Shown here piece by piece: positions 18,543 through 30,784 of a stretch of DNA of 54,028 nucleotides (the first letter of the stretch is position 1; every line of letters starts with the position of its first letter). The translations under genes and the position numbers were made by a program. The notes beneath the pieces were generated by a model. It searched no databases, was not told the DNA's origin, and worked only from the letters and a program-made list of their open reading frames with translations. Source of the DNA: Sphingomicrobium sp. (GTDB lineage: Bacteria > Pseudomonadota > Alphaproteobacteria > Sphingomonadales > Sphingomonadaceae); NCBI GenBank assembly GCA_035318245.1, contig DATHFE010000020.1, positions 1 to 54,028 on the forward strand. Direction: 5' to 3'.

Positions 18543-20335
18543 GCCGAAGGCTCCGCCGGAGCGTCGGCGAGCGGACGATCGGCGCGAAACATGCTTTCGC
18601 TCGCGGCATGCAAGTCGCCGGTCGCGGTCTGACGCTCGAGCCGGTCACAATCGCGCGAGCGATAGGCTTCCTCGACCCGATCGACTTCGCGATGCGCGAC
18701 GCCGAGCCTGAGCAACGCCTCGCGCCCCATCGCGACCGCGCTCTCAAACAGCTCGCGCTGGGCAAAGGTGATGTTCAGCCCGCTGAGGTCGATCAGCTGT
18801 CGGCGGTCGAACACGCGAACCATAATCATCGCTTGTGGGAATGCATCTATGATCGCTTCCATCGATTGGCGGTTAATTGCGTCGCCATCATTGCAGAACA
18901 GGATCGCTTCAGCTTCGGCGGCGCCAGCCGTACGCAGCAGATCGATCCGCGTTCCATCACCATAATAGACCTTGGTGCCGAATTCCTCGCTCAGCTCGAT
19001 CTGCGACGGCTTGCTGTCGATCAGCGTGACCGGGATGCGCTTGGCCATCAGCATCTGCGCCACAGTCTGACCGAAACGGCCATAGCCAACCACGATCGCA
19101 TTGGTCTCGGGTGACGTGGCCGGACCTTCCAAATCAACCATTTCGTCTGGCATCCACGCCTGGAGCCAGTCGATGAACCGCATCAAAAACGGTGTCGAGG
19201 CCATCGACAAGGTCACCACAGCTCCGAACAGGGACGCCGCCTCGAGCGTGATTAATTGCGCGGCGGCTGCCTGACCGAACAACACGAAACCGAATTCGCC
19301 CGCCTGGCTTAGCAATAGCCCAAGCGAAATGGCCCGACCCGACTTCATTCCGAACAGGCGCGCCAGCACAAAGACGATCGCGGTCTTGATCATGATCATT
19401 GCCACGGCGAGGCCGACGATCAGCCATGGCGACCGGCCGATCACGTCGAAATCGAGCAGCATCCCGACCGACAGGAAAAACATGCCGAGCAGGATCGACC
19501 GGAACGGTTCGACGTCGCTTTCCAGCTCATGGCGGTAAGGCGATTCGGCCAGCATCACGCCCGCGACAAAGGCCCCGAGCGGGACCGACAAGTGGAGCGA
19601 ATGCATGAGTGAAGCGCTGGCGATCACGGCGAACAGCCCGGCGACGATGAACAGCTCGCGCTCGCCCAACCGGCCAATCAAGCGGAACAAGGGATTGATC
19701 ACGAACCGGCCAACCACCACCAGGCCGACCACAGCGCCGACCGTGTAAAGCGCGAGCGTCAATCCCGGCGGCGCGCTGGGGTCGATCGGCGAGCGCGACA
19801 TCGCGGCGATAATCGTGATCATCGGAACGATCGACAGGTCCTGGAACAGCAGGATCGAGAACGCGCGCTCGCCATAGCTGTTGCTCAGATCTCCAGTCGA
19901 TCGCAGCATCGGCAGAACCTGAGCGGTCGAAGACAGAGCGAGCGGAAGCCCGATCGCCAGGCTCGCCGCAAGCGAGATGCCAAGTCCGAAGTAGATCAAC
20001 GTACTCAGCGCAACGCCACATAGAATGACCTGGGCCAGGCCGAGCCCAAAAATGTCGTGCCGCAATCGCCACAACCGACTCGGCTGCAATTCCATGCCCA
20101 CAAGAAACAGAAGTAGAGCGATTCCGATCTCGGAAACGCTCATCACCGATTGCGGATCGCTGATCAGGTCGAGCACGCCGGGGCCGATCATCGCCCCGCC
20201 GACGATGTAGCCCAAGGTCGCACCAAGCCCGAGCTTGCGGAAGATCGTGACGGAAAGCAGCGCCGCACCGAGCATCACCGCGCCATCGGTAAGGAATGCG
20301 CTGGCGGCCTGGGCAGCAGCAGGCGCGGCGCTCAT
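18539..20335 (-). CDS. CPA2 K+/H+ antiporter (KefB/KefC-like) with KTN domain
   Basis: Many TM helices, LLFQD, YRHELESDVEPF, C-terminal VGYGRFGQ and YYGDGT. Confidence 0.92.
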   Translation of the reverse strand: MSAAPAAAQAASAFLTDGAVMLGAALLSVTIFRKLGLGATLGYIVGGAMIGPGVLDLISDPQSVMSVSEIGIALLLFLVGMELQPSRLWRLRHDIFGLGLAQVILCGVALSTLIYFGLGISLAASLAIGLPLALSSTAQVLPMLRSTGDLSNSYGERAFSILLFQDLSIVPMITIIAAMSRSPIDPSAPPGLTLALYTVGAVVGLVVVGRFVINPLFRLIGRLGERELFIVAGLFAVIASASLMHSLHLSVPLGAFVAGVMLAESPYRHELESDVEPFRSILLGMFFLSVGMLLDFDVIGRSPWLIVGLAVAMIMIKTAIVFVLARLFGMKSGRAISLGLLLSQAGEFGFVLFGQAAAAQLITLEAASLFGAVVTLSMASTPFLMRFIDWLQAWMPDEMVDLEGPATSPETNAIVVGYGRFGQTVAQMLMAKRIPVTLIDSKPSQIELSEEFGTKVYYGDGTRIDLLRTAGAAEAEAILFCNDGDAINRQSMEAIIDAFPQAMIMVRVFDRRQLIDLSGLNITFAQRELFESAVAMGREALLRLGVAHREVDRVEEAYRSRDCDRLERQTATGDLHAASESMFRADRPLADAPAEPSA

Positions 20336-20757
20336 CGCTCGGCATCCTCAATCGCGGCAAATAAAGCGCGGAACGGCAGCAGGATGGCACCGTGCCGCGC
20401 GGTCCGAGACCTTGCTGGAGCCAATTCACCCAAGCCGGGCCAGCTGCCAGGATCGTCTCGGTCGCCGGCGAGCCAGGCGCTCAATTCCGTCAGCGCCTTG
20501 GTCGCCTCGCGACGATCGCGCCCGACGGCTTGCGCGCCCATCAGCGCCGCCGACGCCTGGCCGAAAGCACAGGCCTGAACCTCTTGCGCGAGTTCGAGCA
20601 CGCGGCCGCCTTCATCGAGCCGCACCTCAACTTGCGCCGTGCTTCCGCAGGTTGGCGATCGCAACTCGGCACGACCCATCGGCAGCTCAAGCCGCCCCAA
20701 ATGCGGGATCGACGCCGCAAGCCGAAGAATCGCGGTCGTGTAGAGCGGCGCGTTCAT
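20332..20757 (-). CDS. IscU/NifU-N-like Fe-S scaffold protein
   Basis: [19 protein letters not shown] motifs. Confidence 0.82.
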   Translation of the reverse strand: MNAPLYTTAILRLAASIPHLGRLELPMGRAELRSPTCGSTAQVEVRLDEGGRVLELAQEVQACAFGQASAALMGAQAVGRDRREATKALTELSAWLAGDRDDPGSWPGLGELAPARSRTARHGAILLPFRALFAAIEDAER

Positions 20758-22064
20758 TGCCGCCGCCATGTCGTGCCGGACGCGCCATCTTCAAGCAGCA
20801 CACCGTCGGCAGCGAGTTCGTCGCGGATGCGATCGGCTTCGACAAAATCGCGCCTCGCCTTCGCGGCGGAGCGCTTGGCAATCAGGACGTCAATGTCATC
20901 CAGGCCATCACCGCTGCGGAACCATTCATCGGCGCTGGCGCCAAGAAGTCCCAGTAAGGCCGCGCTCGCCTTCGTCGTGGAGGGGTCATCAAGCGCCACG
21001 AGCCGGGTTAGCGCCAGCGGCGTGTTGAGATCATCCGCCAGCGCTTCGACTACCCCCGCATCTGCTTCGCCCACGGGCGCGTCGCCCGCAATTCGATAAA
21101 GCTTGTCGAGCGAGATCTTTGATTGGGCGATCAACGCCTCAGTCCAAGGCAGCGGCTGGCGGTAGTGGGCCGACAAAAGTCCCAGTCTCAGGGTTTCGCC
21201 ACGATGCCCCGCTTCAAGCAGCTCATTCACCAGGATGACGTTGCCCAGCGACTTGGACATCTTCTCCGCGCCCATGTCGACGAAGCCGTTGTGAACCCAA
21301 TAGCGCGCCAGCGGCGCACCGCCATGCGCGCAGCGGCTCTGGGCGATCTCATTCTCGTGGTGCGGAAAGATCAAGTCGAGCCCGCCGCCGTGGATATCAA
21401 TCGTTTCGCCCAAGTGGGCTCGGATCATCGCCGAGCATTCGATGTGCCAGCCGGGGCGACCCCGTCCCCACGGAGAGTCCCAGCCGATCATTGCCGGCTC
21501 GCTCGGCTTCCACAAGACGAAATCGGCCGGATCGCGCTTGTACGGCGCGACCTCGACCCGCGCACCGGCGATCATCGCTTCGCGGTCGCGGCGGCTCAGT
21601 GCGCCATAATCTGGATCGGACGGGACATCGAACAGGACGTGGCCCTCGGCGGCATAGGCATGGCCAAGTTCGATCAGCCGCTTGATCATCGCGATCATCG
21701 GCGCGATCTCGGATGTGGCGTGAGGCGCAACATCAGGCGGCCCGACGCCCAATGCGGCCATGTCCTTGAGGTAAAAGTCCTCGAAGCGCGCGGTAATCAC
21801 CGACGGCTCGACCCCCTCGGCCTCGGCGGCGGCAATGATCTTGTCATCAACGTCGGTGACGTTGCGGGCATAAACGAGACTGTCCTCGCCGTACGTATGG
21901 CGCATCAGCCGCGCCAACGTATCGAACACCACCGCCGGGCGCGCATTGCCGATATGCGCGCGGCCATAGACCGTCGGCCCACACACATACATCGTGATGC
22001 GCTTTGGGTCGGCGGGCTCGAATGCGCGCTTCGCGCGCGCCATCGTGTCGTGCAGCCGGATCAT
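20754..22064 (-). CDS. cysS: Cysteine--tRNA ligase
   Basis: [30 protein letters not shown]. Confidence 0.98.
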   Translation of the reverse strand: MIRLHDTMARAKRAFEPADPKRITMYVCGPTVYGRAHIGNARPAVVFDTLARLMRHTYGEDSLVYARNVTDVDDKIIAAAEAEGVEPSVITARFEDFYLKDMAALGVGPPDVAPHATSEIAPMIAMIKRLIELGHAYAAEGHVLFDVPSDPDYGALSRRDREAMIAGARVEVAPYKRDPADFVLWKPSEPAMIGWDSPWGRGRPGWHIECSAMIRAHLGETIDIHGGGLDLIFPHHENEIAQSRCAHGGAPLARYWVHNGFVDMGAEKMSKSLGNVILVNELLEAGHRGETLRLGLLSAHYRQPLPWTEALIAQSKISLDKLYRIAGDAPVGEADAGVVEALADDLNTPLALTRLVALDDPSTTKASAALLGLLGASADEWFRSGDGLDDIDVLIAKRSAAKARRDFVEADRIRDELAADGVLLEDGASGTTWRRQ

Positions 22065-22582
22065 TGCGAGACCGCCGGCTCAGGCTTCGGCGCGCGATAC
22101 ATTTCGACCCAATCGACAATCGCGCGGCCGCTGGCGTTGAGCAACGGGAAAGTGCGCGAACTCGTCATCCAAACGGGCCGCTCGGCTTCGGGGCCATAGA
22201 CAAGATCGGTCGCCAAATTGGCGAGAAGGAAGAACAAGGTCGCTCCAATCAGTCCCTTGAGCATGCCGAACCCGCCGCCCAGTACGTGGTCGACCGGCCC
22301 GATCACAGATTTGCGCGCCGCACCTCCAAGCTTCCGGGCGATTAGCTTGACCGCGACATAGGCCGGGATGAACAGCAGGGCGAAAGCCAGAGCCGACGCC
22401 CCCGCCTCGGTCCCGACACTGTCAACCAACCGAGCTTGCAGAGGCGCGTGAAACAGCTTGAGCGCGACGATCGCGGCAATCCAGGCGAACAGGGACAAAG
22501 CTTCGTGGACGAAGCCGCGCACGAAGCCGACCAGCGCGCCGCCGCCGAGCAGCAGGATCACGAAGACGTCGAGTGCGGTCAT
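22061..22582 (-). CDS. cvpA: CvpA family membrane protein
   Basis: [20 protein letters not shown]; ATGA-coupled to radA. Confidence 0.9.
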   Translation of the reverse strand: MTALDVFVILLLGGGALVGFVRGFVHEALSLFAWIAAIVALKLFHAPLQARLVDSVGTEAGASALAFALLFIPAYVAVKLIARKLGGAARKSVIGPVDHVLGGGFGMLKGLIGATLFFLLANLATDLVYGPEAERPVWMTSSRTFPLLNASGRAIVDWVEMYRAPKPEPAVSQ

Positions 22583-23946
22583 CGTCCCAGGATACGCTCG
22601 ACCAGGCCGCGCAGGTTGACGAACCGCTCGATCGCAATCCCGTTCGCTGCCTCGGTACCGGCCGGAACCCATGCTCGCTCAAATCCAAGCTTGGCCGCTT
22701 CCTTCAAACGCAGTGCCAAATGCGCGACGGGCCGAATCTCGCCTGACAAGGCGACTTCGCCCAATACAATGCAATTAGCGGGCACCGGCCGCTCCGATAG
22801 CGCGGAGACCAACGCAGCCGCCACCGCGAGGTCGGCCGCAGGGTCCGACAGGCGATAGCCGCCGGCGACGTTGAGATAGACCTCGGCCGAGGCAAAGCTC
22901 ATCCCGCAGCGCGCTTCGAGCACCGCCAGCACCATCGCCAGCCGCCCCGAATCCCACCCCACCGCCGCCCGGCGCGGGGTCGCCCCGCTCGCCAGCCGCA
23001 CCGTCAGCGCCTGGATTTCGACCAGTACCGGCCGCGTGCCTTCCAACGCCGGAAACACGCTGGTCCCGCTGACCGCTTCGCCGCGCTGGGTGAGGAACAG
23101 GGCCGACGGGTTGGGCACCTCGACCAACCCGCTTTCGTCCATCGCGAACACGCCGATCTCATCGGTGCCGCCGAAGCGGTTCTTCGAAGCCCGCAAGATC
23201 CGATATTGGTGGCTGCGCTCGCCCTCGAAGCCGAGCACGGTGTCAACCATATGCTCGAGCACCCGCGGCCCGGCGATGCTGCCGTCCTTTGTGACATGGC
23301 CGACCAGCACGACCGCCGTGCCACTCGCCTTGGCGAAGCGGATCAGTTCATGCGCCGACGCGCGGACCTGGCTGACTGTCCCCGGGGCTCCCTCGATCAG
23401 GTCCGAATGCATCGTCTGGATCGAATCGATCACCAGCAAGGATGGCGGTCCGCTGTCGGCCATGGTCGTCAGTATGTCGCGCACCGACGTCGCCGCGGCA
23501 AGCTGGACCGGCGCATCGCCGAGCCCCAGCCGCCGGGCGCGCAGCCGCACCTGGTCAGCCGCTTCCTCGCCCGAGACATAGATCGCTCTGCCTCCGGCCG
23601 AGGCGATTTTTGCCGCGACCTGGAGCAGCAAGGTCGATTTGCCGATCCCCGGGTCGCCGCCGACCAGCATCGCCGACCCGGCGACGATCCCGCCGCCGAT
23701 CGCACGGTCAAATTCGGCAATGCCGCTCGACAGCCGTTGCGGCAATTCGCTTGGACCGGCGTTGAGCCCGACCAAGGCGACCGGCCGCCCGCCGCTCGAC
23801 AGATCGTGCCGCGCCGAGAAAGCGGTGACGACCCCGCTGTCCTGGACCAGCGTATTCCATTCCGCGCACTCGGCGCACTGGCCCTGCCAACGCGACGCGA
23901 CCGAACCGCACGCCTGGCACACATATCGGATCTTCGGCTTGGCCAT
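22579..23946 (-). CDS. radA: DNA repair protein RadA/Sms
   Basis: C4 zinc finger, GDPGIGKST, KNRFG motif, Lon-like C-terminus. Confidence 0.98.
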   Translation of the reverse strand: MAKPKIRYVCQACGSVASRWQGQCAECAEWNTLVQDSGVVTAFSARHDLSSGGRPVALVGLNAGPSELPQRLSSGIAEFDRAIGGGIVAGSAMLVGGDPGIGKSTLLLQVAAKIASAGGRAIYVSGEEAADQVRLRARRLGLGDAPVQLAAATSVRDILTTMADSGPPSLLVIDSIQTMHSDLIEGAPGTVSQVRASAHELIRFAKASGTAVVLVGHVTKDGSIAGPRVLEHMVDTVLGFEGERSHQYRILRASKNRFGGTDEIGVFAMDESGLVEVPNPSALFLTQRGEAVSGTSVFPALEGTRPVLVEIQALTVRLASGATPRRAAVGWDSGRLAMVLAVLEARCGMSFASAEVYLNVAGGYRLSDPAADLAVAAALVSALSERPVPANCIVLGEVALSGEIRPVAHLALRLKEAAKLGFERAWVPAGTEAANGIAIERFVNLRGLVERILGR

Positions 23947-24005
23947 CGTTCAAGCGTCTAGCCAGCGCAGCCTATTTGTCGAGACGCAACGCTGGGTGGG
24001 TTCGT

Positions 24006-25736
24006 TTAGAACACCGCTTTCGCCTCGCCACCCATCATTTGCTGGCGAACGAGCGGGATTGGCGGGCCGCCATAGCTCAAGAACTGGTCGTGGAAGGCTT
24101 TCCAGCCGGCACGGCCGCCTCGGGTGGCGATCCAGTCGTCGCGGAGGCGGCGGATCATCAATTTGCCCATGGTGTAATTGAGATAGGCCGGGTCGTAGGT
24201 GCCGCGCGCGGCCTGTTGGCGGGCATTGCCTTCATCCTGCAGGCACTGATCGCGGAACAATCGCCGCGACTGATCCTGCGTCATCGTTCCCGAATGCATC
24301 CCGATCGCTGAAATGAACCGGCAGTCACGCAGCAAGGCGTTGGACAATTGCCCGATCATCGTCTCGTCGGTGCCGCCGCCGACGCCGGCGACGCGCATCA
24401 TCTCCTCGCCGTAATGCGCCCAGCCTTCGGCATAGGCATAGCCAACGAACACCTTGCCAAAGAGGAAATGGGAGCGATTGGCGTGGAGGAAATTGAGGAA
24501 ATGGCCCGGCCACACTTCGTGGACCGAGGTGAACAGCAGGTCCGCCTCACCTGGAACGAAGCCGTCCTGGACCGACTTCGGCCAGGTTGGGTCCGGCGGC
24601 GCGATATAATAGACTGAGGGCAGGCCCTTTTCATACGGGCCAGGGATGTTGATGTAAGCGAAATTCTGCCGATTGTAGGGCGGCGCCTCCTCGACCTTGG
24701 CTTCCTCCGGCCCGGGAATGGTGACGATGTCATGGCTGAGGATGAATTGCTTGAGCCCGGCGAGCTGGGCCCGCGCACCCGCGACCGCACCGCCCCTGGG
24801 CTTGTTGGCGTTCATTCTTTCCATGCAGGCCATCAGGCTGTTGCCCGGCGCCCAGCGGCCGCAAGCTTCGCGAAGCAAATCCCGGTTGGATTTTAAGTCG
24901 GCGCGGCCGATCGCTTCCAGTTCGGCCAGCGGGGTCGAGACCAGTTCCGTGTCGTAGAGCATTTGCTGGAAGCGCTGTGGCCCCAATGCGAAATTGCCCT
25001 TGGCGCGCGGCCGTTGTGCCTCGGCCCAGGCGGCAAGGTCCTTCATCGCGGCGGCGGCGGCCAACGACGCCTTTTTGAGGGCGGCCTGATCCGCTTTCGA
25101 TCCGACCCCGGCAAACGCCTTCATCCCGTCGCTCGGGAAATAATCGGCGTAACCGCCAAACGCGCTCTTGGAATAATCGACGAACGAGGTCGGCATCGGC
25201 GTCTTGATGTTGGCGCGGATGTGCTGCGTCGCCTGGGGGATCGCGCGCAGGTAGGTGATGTACGATCCCAGCCGGACCGCCGGCGGAGCGTAAGGTACGG
25301 TGACATAGGCCGACGGATCGAGGGATCCGGCGTAATAAGCCGGGTTTGTGTGTGGCTGGTCGGCGGCGTCGATCCAGAACAGGCTGCCGCGCGCCTGGGC
25401 GATCAAATAGTCGCGCTCGAATCGTTCTTCGTTCGACAGGCTGGTGGGGTCGAAGGCGCTGGCCAAAGCGATCGCGCTCCGAAGCCGCTGCTTTTCCTTG
25501 GCAAGGCCCGCAGGTGTCCAGTCGGGCAGCCCACCATCAAATTCGTGTCGGCCCGAAGTCACCGCGAACGGCGGCTGCGCGCGGAAAGTCGCCTCGATGT
25601 AACTCGCGACGAACGCCTGCCACGCGGTCGAGGCCGGGGCGGCCGCGACCGGCCGGTTGACCGGCGCGCAACCCGACAAGCCGGTTGTTGCCGCGAATGT
25701 GGCGGCGGCGAAAAGAAGCGATGCGCGAGTAACCAT
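24006..25736 (-). CDS. DUF885 family lipoprotein (putative metallopeptidase)
   Basis: Lipobox LSGC, HEVWPGH, EGWAHYGE, YTMGKL. Confidence 0.85.
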   Translation of the reverse strand: MVTRASLLFAAATFAATTGLSGCAPVNRPVAAAPASTAWQAFVASYIEATFRAQPPFAVTSGRHEFDGGLPDWTPAGLAKEKQRLRSAIALASAFDPTSLSNEERFERDYLIAQARGSLFWIDAADQPHTNPAYYAGSLDPSAYVTVPYAPPAVRLGSYITYLRAIPQATQHIRANIKTPMPTSFVDYSKSAFGGYADYFPSDGMKAFAGVGSKADQAALKKASLAAAAAMKDLAAWAEAQRPRAKGNFALGPQRFQQMLYDTELVSTPLAELEAIGRADLKSNRDLLREACGRWAPGNSLMACMERMNANKPRGGAVAGARAQLAGLKQFILSHDIVTIPGPEEAKVEEAPPYNRQNFAYINIPGPYEKGLPSVYYIAPPDPTWPKSVQDGFVPGEADLLFTSVHEVWPGHFLNFLHANRSHFLFGKVFVGYAYAEGWAHYGEEMMRVAGVGGGTDETMIGQLSNALLRDCRFISAIGMHSGTMTQDQSRRLFRDQCLQDEGNARQQAARGTYDPAYLNYTMGKLMIRRLRDDWIATRGGRAGWKAFHDQFLSYGGPPIPLVRQQMMGGEAKAVF

Positions 25737-25792
25737 GTCCACGTCCCCTTGGCTGGTTGCCGCCATAGTGAGCCGCCGCTAACGCGCGGTCC

Positions 25793-27079
25793 ATGACATT
25801 TTTGCCCGAGCCACTGCGAATTCCCGCCTTCCGTGCCTTTTGGCTGGCGCGACTGACCGCGACAATCGCGCAAATGGCGATGGTCATCGTCATCGGCTGG
25901 CAGGTCTACGACATCGCCCGCGACCCGCACGGGCTCAACATGGGCCTGAAGGAGGCATCGTTTCAGTTGGGGCTGATCGGCATCGTCCAGTTCGTGCCTT
26001 TGTTCGCTTTGACCCTGGTCACCGGCTGGACTGCCGACCGGCTTGACCGTCGTTGGATCGCGCGCGGCGCGGTGTTGCTCGAATTGCTATGCGCAGCGGC
26101 TCTGGCGCTGCTTGCCTGGCAGGATGCCATGACGCTTTATGCCCTGTTCACGATCGCCGCGCTGCTGGGCGTGGCGCGCGCATTCGCCGGGCCGTCCCTC
26201 GGGGCGCTCGCCCCCAACCTCGTCCCCCGTGAAATCTTGCCCAAGGCGATCGCTTTGTCATCGATTGCCTGGCAGTCGGGATCGATCGCCGGACCTGCGC
26301 TGGGCGGTTACCTCTATGCAGCGTCGCCGGTCGCACCTTATGCCGCGAGCGTCGCCCTGTTCGCGATCGCGCTTGCAGGGCTGTTCGCGATCCCGCCGGT
26401 GGCGCGCTCGACGCTCGCCAAGGGGCCCAACCCGTGGCGGCAGATGGTCGAGGGGCTGCATTATGTGCGGCATAACCGGCTGGTGCTCGGGGCCATCTCG
26501 CTCGACCTGTTTGCGGTGCTGCTGGGTGGGGCGACGGCAATGCTGCCGGTGTTCGCACGCGACATCCTCCACGCCGGACCCGAAGGGCTTGGCCATCTGC
26601 GCGCCGCCCCCGCTGTCGGCGCGACGCTGACCGCCGCCTGGTTCGCGTTCCAGCCGCTGAAAACCAATGTCGGGGTCAAGATGCTCATCGCGGTGGCTGT
26701 GTTCGGGACGGCGACGGTTGTCTTCGGTCTGTCGCGGTCGATGTGGCTGTCGCTCGCGTGCCTCGCCCTGCTGGGATCGGCCGACATGTTCTCGGTCTAT
26801 GTCCGCCAGTCGCTCATCCAGCTTCACACGCCGGACGCAATGCGAGGGAGAGTCAGCGCGGTTTCGGGACTGTTCATTTCTGCATCGAATGAGCTCGGCG
26901 AAGCCGAGTCCGGCTTCCTCGCCGCCCTCATTGGACCGGTCACGGCGGTGATCGCCGGGGGCGTCGGCGCGGTGGCCGTGGTCGCGATCTGGGCGTGGAA
27001 ATTTCCCGAGCTGCGCCTTGCGCGAAGCTTCGATCCACCCGATTTAGACGATCCCCAGCCAATGGAGAGCCCGCGATGA
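25793..27079 (+). CDS. MFS transporter (EntS-like)
   Basis: About 12 TM helices, [10 protein letters not shown] motif [12 protein letters not shown]. Confidence 0.92.
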   Translation: MTFLPEPLRIPAFRAFWLARLTATIAQMAMVIVIGWQVYDIARDPHGLNMGLKEASFQLGLIGIVQFVPLFALTLVTGWTADRLDRRWIARGAVLLELLCAAALALLAWQDAMTLYALFTIAALLGVARAFAGPSLGALAPNLVPREILPKAIALSSIAWQSGSIAGPALGGYLYAASPVAPYAASVALFAIALAGLFAIPPVARSTLAKGPNPWRQMVEGLHYVRHNRLVLGAISLDLFAVLLGGATAMLPVFARDILHAGPEGLGHLRAAPAVGATLTAAWFAFQPLKTNVGVKMLIAVAVFGTATVVFGLSRSMWLSLACLALLGSADMFSVYVRQSLIQLHTPDAMRGRVSAVSGLFISASNELGEAESGFLAALIGPVTAVIAGGVGAVAVVAIWAWKFPELRLARSFDPPDLDDPQPMESPR

Positions 27080-28005
27080 AGGCCCAGACCATCCTCGAGA
27101 CGATCGGCAACACCCCGCATATTCGCCTCAATCGACTGTTCGGCGACAAAGCCGAAGTGTGGGTCAAGTCCGAGCGCTCCAATCCCGGCGCATCGATCAA
27201 GGACCGCATCGCTCTGTCAATGATCGAAGATGCGGAGCGGTCGGGGAAGCTCAAACCGGGGGGCACGATCATCGAGCCCACTTCCGGCAACACCGGCATC
27301 GGGCTGGCCATGGTCGCAGCGGTCAAGGGCTATCCATTGATCCTGGTCATGCCCGACAGCATGAGCATCGAGCGGCGCCGGTTGATGCTCGCCTATGGCG
27401 CGAAATTCGAGCTGACCGACCGGGCCAAGGGCATGAAAGGCGCGGTCGACCGGGCGACCGAGATGCTCGGCGAAGTCCCGGGCAGCTGGATGCCGCAGCA
27501 GTTCGACAATCCGGCCAACGTCGAGGTCCATGTCCGCACCACCGCGCAGGAGGTGCTGGCCGATTTTCGCGACCAGCCACTCGACGCGCTGATCACCGGC
27601 GTCGGCACCGGCGGTCACATCACCGCGCTCGCCCATGTTCTTAAGAAAGAGTGGCCGGATTTCAAGGTTTTCGCAGTCGAGCCGGCGCTTTCGCCGATCC
27701 TCAACGGCGGCAAGCCTGGGCCGCACCCGATCCAGGGGCTCGGCGCAAATTTCATCCCGAGCATCCTCGATACGGATATTCTCGACGGGGTGATCGACGT
27801 CGATGCCGGCGACGCCAAGGAAATGGCACGAAGGGCGGCGAAGGAAGAAGGTATGCTGATCGGCATCTCGTCGGGCGCCGCGCTGGCCGCGATCGCCCAG
27901 AAACTGCCGGAACTTGGCGATAAACCGCGCATCCTGACCTTCAATTACGACAGCGGCGAGCGCTATTTGTCGGTCGCCGATTTCCTGCCCGAAGAGGAGG
28001 CCTGA
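27076..28005 (+). CDS. cysK: Cysteine synthase A
   Basis: SIKDR PLP lysine, [27 protein letters not shown]. Confidence 0.97.
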   Translation: MKAQTILETIGNTPHIRLNRLFGDKAEVWVKSERSNPGASIKDRIALSMIEDAERSGKLKPGGTIIEPTSGNTGIGLAMVAAVKGYPLILVMPDSMSIERRRLMLAYGAKFELTDRAKGMKGAVDRATEMLGEVPGSWMPQQFDNPANVEVHVRTTAQEVLADFRDQPLDALITGVGTGGHITALAHVLKKEWPDFKVFAVEPALSPILNGGKPGPHPIQGLGANFIPSILDTDILDGVIDVDAGDAKEMARRAAKEEGMLIGISSGAALAAIAQKLPELGDKPRILTFNYDSGERYLSVADFLPEEEA

Positions 28006-28011
28006 CAAGGC

Positions 28012-28042
28012 GTTAACCGCGTCTATTCGATGCGCCGTTAAC
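28012..28042. promoter_or_regulatory. Paired GTTAAC sites / hairpin between cysK and the c-di-GMP gene
   Basis: GTTAAC-CGCGTC-TATTC-GATGCG-CC-GTTAAC; could be CtrA half sites or a stem-loop. Confidence 0.35.
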
Positions 28043-28087
28043 TCGCTCTGCGCTAATAACCCGTATCATTCGTTTCGGTGGGGGTCG

Positions 28088-30784
28088 ATGCGCAGAGCGC
28101 TACACAAGGATGCAATTGTTCTGGGTGGGGAATCGGCGGTCAAGGCGTCGGTTTCCGAAGCCCTTTTGTTCGACCTCCGCAATTCCGAAATTCCCGACGA
28201 CGATAGCCTCGCCGCTCAGCGCGTAACCGCATTCGATCATGCCGCATTGCTGATGGCGGCGACGCACCTGATTTGCGGAATTGCTTCCATCTCTCTCAAC
28301 GATGAAGTGGTTGGGGTGGCATCGGTAAACGGGGCGCTCATCTTTTTGGCGCTGGCGGTCGGACTCGACTTCCTCGCCGCGGTCGTGCTGCACATGCGCG
28401 ACCGCTGGAATATCGCTCCACACACAATCACGCGGTCTATTTGCGCCTATCTCGCCGCATCGGGAACATTGTGGATGCTGTTCTCGTCGACGATGCCGCA
28501 TAGCGCCCTTGAAGCGAACGCCGATTTCCTCGCACTTTCGCTCGGCGTCGGGGTTACAGTGACTGCGATCGTCTCGATCAGCTCGCCGGCGGCCTCGGCG
28601 GTCAACGGTGTCATCGCTGTTCTCGGTGCCTTGTTGTTTGCCGGCGTAAACGCAATGGCGGGCGGCGTTGCGGCGCTGTCCCTCGTAACAGTTGCCTACA
28701 GCGTCGCGGGGGCGCGAACGATGCTCGCTGCGGCACGGCAGCGGCTGCATCTCGACGCCCAGGCACGCAAGGCGCTGCGCTTCGTCCATGAATTCGAGAA
28801 CAGTGGCCGCGGGTGGTTCTGGGAAACCAACAACCAGGGTACTTTATCCTATGTTTCGCAGCAGCTTGCCGACGATTTCAAATGCCAGCCCGAAGCGCTG
28901 CTCGGCCGCCAGTTCAACGATTTGCTGTCGATCGGGACCAGCACTGGCGACAATCTGCGCGAGGAGCGCACGTTGGGCTTCCACCTGTCAGCCCGCTTCC
29001 CGTTTTCCGACGTCGTTGTTCGGGCGGCAAGCGACGAGGATGTTCACTGGTCCTTGTCAGGCAATCCGATCTTTGACGAGCGCGGCCGTTTTCTCGGCTT
29101 CCGCGGTATCGGCACCGATCTTACCGAGCAACGCCGGTCCGAAGAGGAAATCAGTCGCCTTGCTCGCTTCGACTCGCTGACTGGCCTGCCCAATCGCGCA
29201 CTGATGCGCAAAACGCTGGACGAAGCGCTGCGCAATGCCGCGCGCCGCCAGAAGGGCTGCTCCTTGTTCCTGATCGATCTCGACCGATTCAAGAACGTCA
29301 ACGATACCTTGGGCCACCCGATCGGCGACGCCTTGCTGCGCCAGGTCGCCCAGCGGCTGACATCGGTGATGGGCAATCATGGCCAGATCGGGCGCCTCGG
29401 CGGCGACGAGTTCAAGGCTGTGCTTCCGGGCACGGTCGAAACCGGTCTGCTCGAATCGCTCGCCAAGACACTGATCGACCAAGTTTCGCGACCCTATTTG
29501 ATTGAGGGGCACCGGGTAACAATCGGTGCGTCAGTCGGCATCGCGATCGGTGATCCCGGCCGTTCATGCGCCGACTCTTTGGTCCGCAATGCCGATCTTG
29601 CGCTTTATGCGGCCAAAGCGGCGGGACGCGGCCGCCACTGCTTTTACGAGCCGTCGATGCATTCCGAAGCGTCGGATCGACAACTGCTCGAAAACGACTT
29701 GCGGCAGGCCCTTGAACGCGGCGAACTTAGCGTCGCCTATCAGCCGATCATCCGCGCCGCGGGCGAGGAGGTTTGCGGGTTCGAGGCCTTGGTCCGTTGG
29801 GCCCATCCTACGCGGGGCCCAATCTCGCCCGATAAATTCATCCCGCTTGCCGAGGAATGCGGGATGATCGGCCCGATTGGCACCTGGGTCCTCAAGACGT
29901 CATTGGCCGAAGCGGCGCGGTGGCCGGACGTTATACGCATTGCCGTCAATTTATCGCCGATCCAGTTCAACGATCCCGAAATCGTGTCGATCGTCGGCGC
30001 CGCATTGAAAGCGTCAGGCGTACGCGCCGAGCGGCTTGAACTCGAGATCACTGAGGGCGTATTCTTGGCCGACGGCGACGAAACCGACGTCACTTTCGCG
30101 CGCCTGAAAGCGCTTGGGGTGCGGCTGGCGCTCGACGATTTCGGTACCGGTTACAGCTCTCTCGGCTATCTAAAAAAAGCGCCGTTCGACAAGATCAAAA
30201 TCGACCAAAGTTTCGTCAAAGGCGCCGCGTCGACCATGAACCGCAACAGCGCGATCATTCGCGCGATCGTCACGCTGGCTGAATCGCTCGGTATGGACAC
30301 GACAGCCGAGGGCGTCGAAACCCACGATGATCTGCAATTGGTCCGCGAACTCGGAGTCAGCCAGATCCAGGGCTATATTTTCGGTCGGCCCGGGAATGCC
30401 GAAACGGCTCTAACTCTGGCTAACAGCGTTTCAATCGAGGCCGAGGGTTATCAATGCATCCGCGAGCCGCGCCAGCGCCTGATGCGCCGGGCGATCGCCG
30501 GCATCGACGGCGAGGCGGTCGAGGTTCGACTGCGCAACATCTCGGCGATGGGTGCGCTTGTCGAAACGGATCGCGCGGTCGCACCGGGCACGCAGGTGAC
30601 GATCGACATCGTTGGCGTTGGACCGATGGTTGGTTTGGTTCGTTGGTCGCAACCCGGCAAATTTGGCCTGCAATTCATCGAGAATTTTGATGTCGCGCGG
30701 CTTGCTCCCGCAAGAGCGCAGCGCGAATCGGTGACAATGCTTCGTCCCTGGTATGTTGATCCGCCGGAGAAAGCGGCGATCTAG
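28088..30784 (+). CDS. Membrane PAS-GGDEF-EAL-PilZ c-di-GMP enzyme
   Basis: N-terminal TMs, PAS (GWFWET), intact [20 protein letters not shown]-terminal REPR and NISAMG PilZ motifs. Confidence 0.93.
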   Translation: MRRALHKDAIVLGGESAVKASVSEALLFDLRNSEIPDDDSLAAQRVTAFDHAALLMAATHLICGIASISLNDEVVGVASVNGALIFLALAVGLDFLAAVVLHMRDRWNIAPHTITRSICAYLAASGTLWMLFSSTMPHSALEANADFLALSLGVGVTVTAIVSISSPAASAVNGVIAVLGALLFAGVNAMAGGVAALSLVTVAYSVAGARTMLAAARQRLHLDAQARKALRFVHEFENSGRGWFWETNNQGTLSYVSQQLADDFKCQPEALLGRQFNDLLSIGTSTGDNLREERTLGFHLSARFPFSDVVVRAASDEDVHWSLSGNPIFDERGRFLGFRGIGTDLTEQRRSEEEISRLARFDSLTGLPNRALMRKTLDEALRNAARRQKGCSLFLIDLDRFKNVNDTLGHPIGDALLRQVAQRLTSVMGNHGQIGRLGGDEFKAVLPGTVETGLLESLAKTLIDQVSRPYLIEGHRVTIGASVGIAIGDPGRSCADSLVRNADLALYAAKAAGRGRHCFYEPSMHSEASDRQLLENDLRQALERGELSVAYQPIIRAAGEEVCGFEALVRWAHPTRGPISPDKFIPLAEECGMIGPIGTWVLKTSLAEAARWPDVIRIAVNLSPIQFNDPEIVSIVGAALKASGVRAERLELEITEGVFLADGDETDVTFARLKALGVRLALDDFGTGYSSLGYLKKAPFDKIKIDQSFVKGAASTMNRNSAIIRAIVTLAESLGMDTTAEGVETHDDLQLVRELGVSQIQGYIFGRPGNAETALTLANSVSIEAEGYQCIREPRQRLMRRAIAGIDGEAVEVRLRNISAMGALVETDRAVAPGTQVTIDIVGVGPMVGLVRWSQPGKFGLQFIENFDVARLAPARAQRESVTMLRPWYVDPPEKAAI

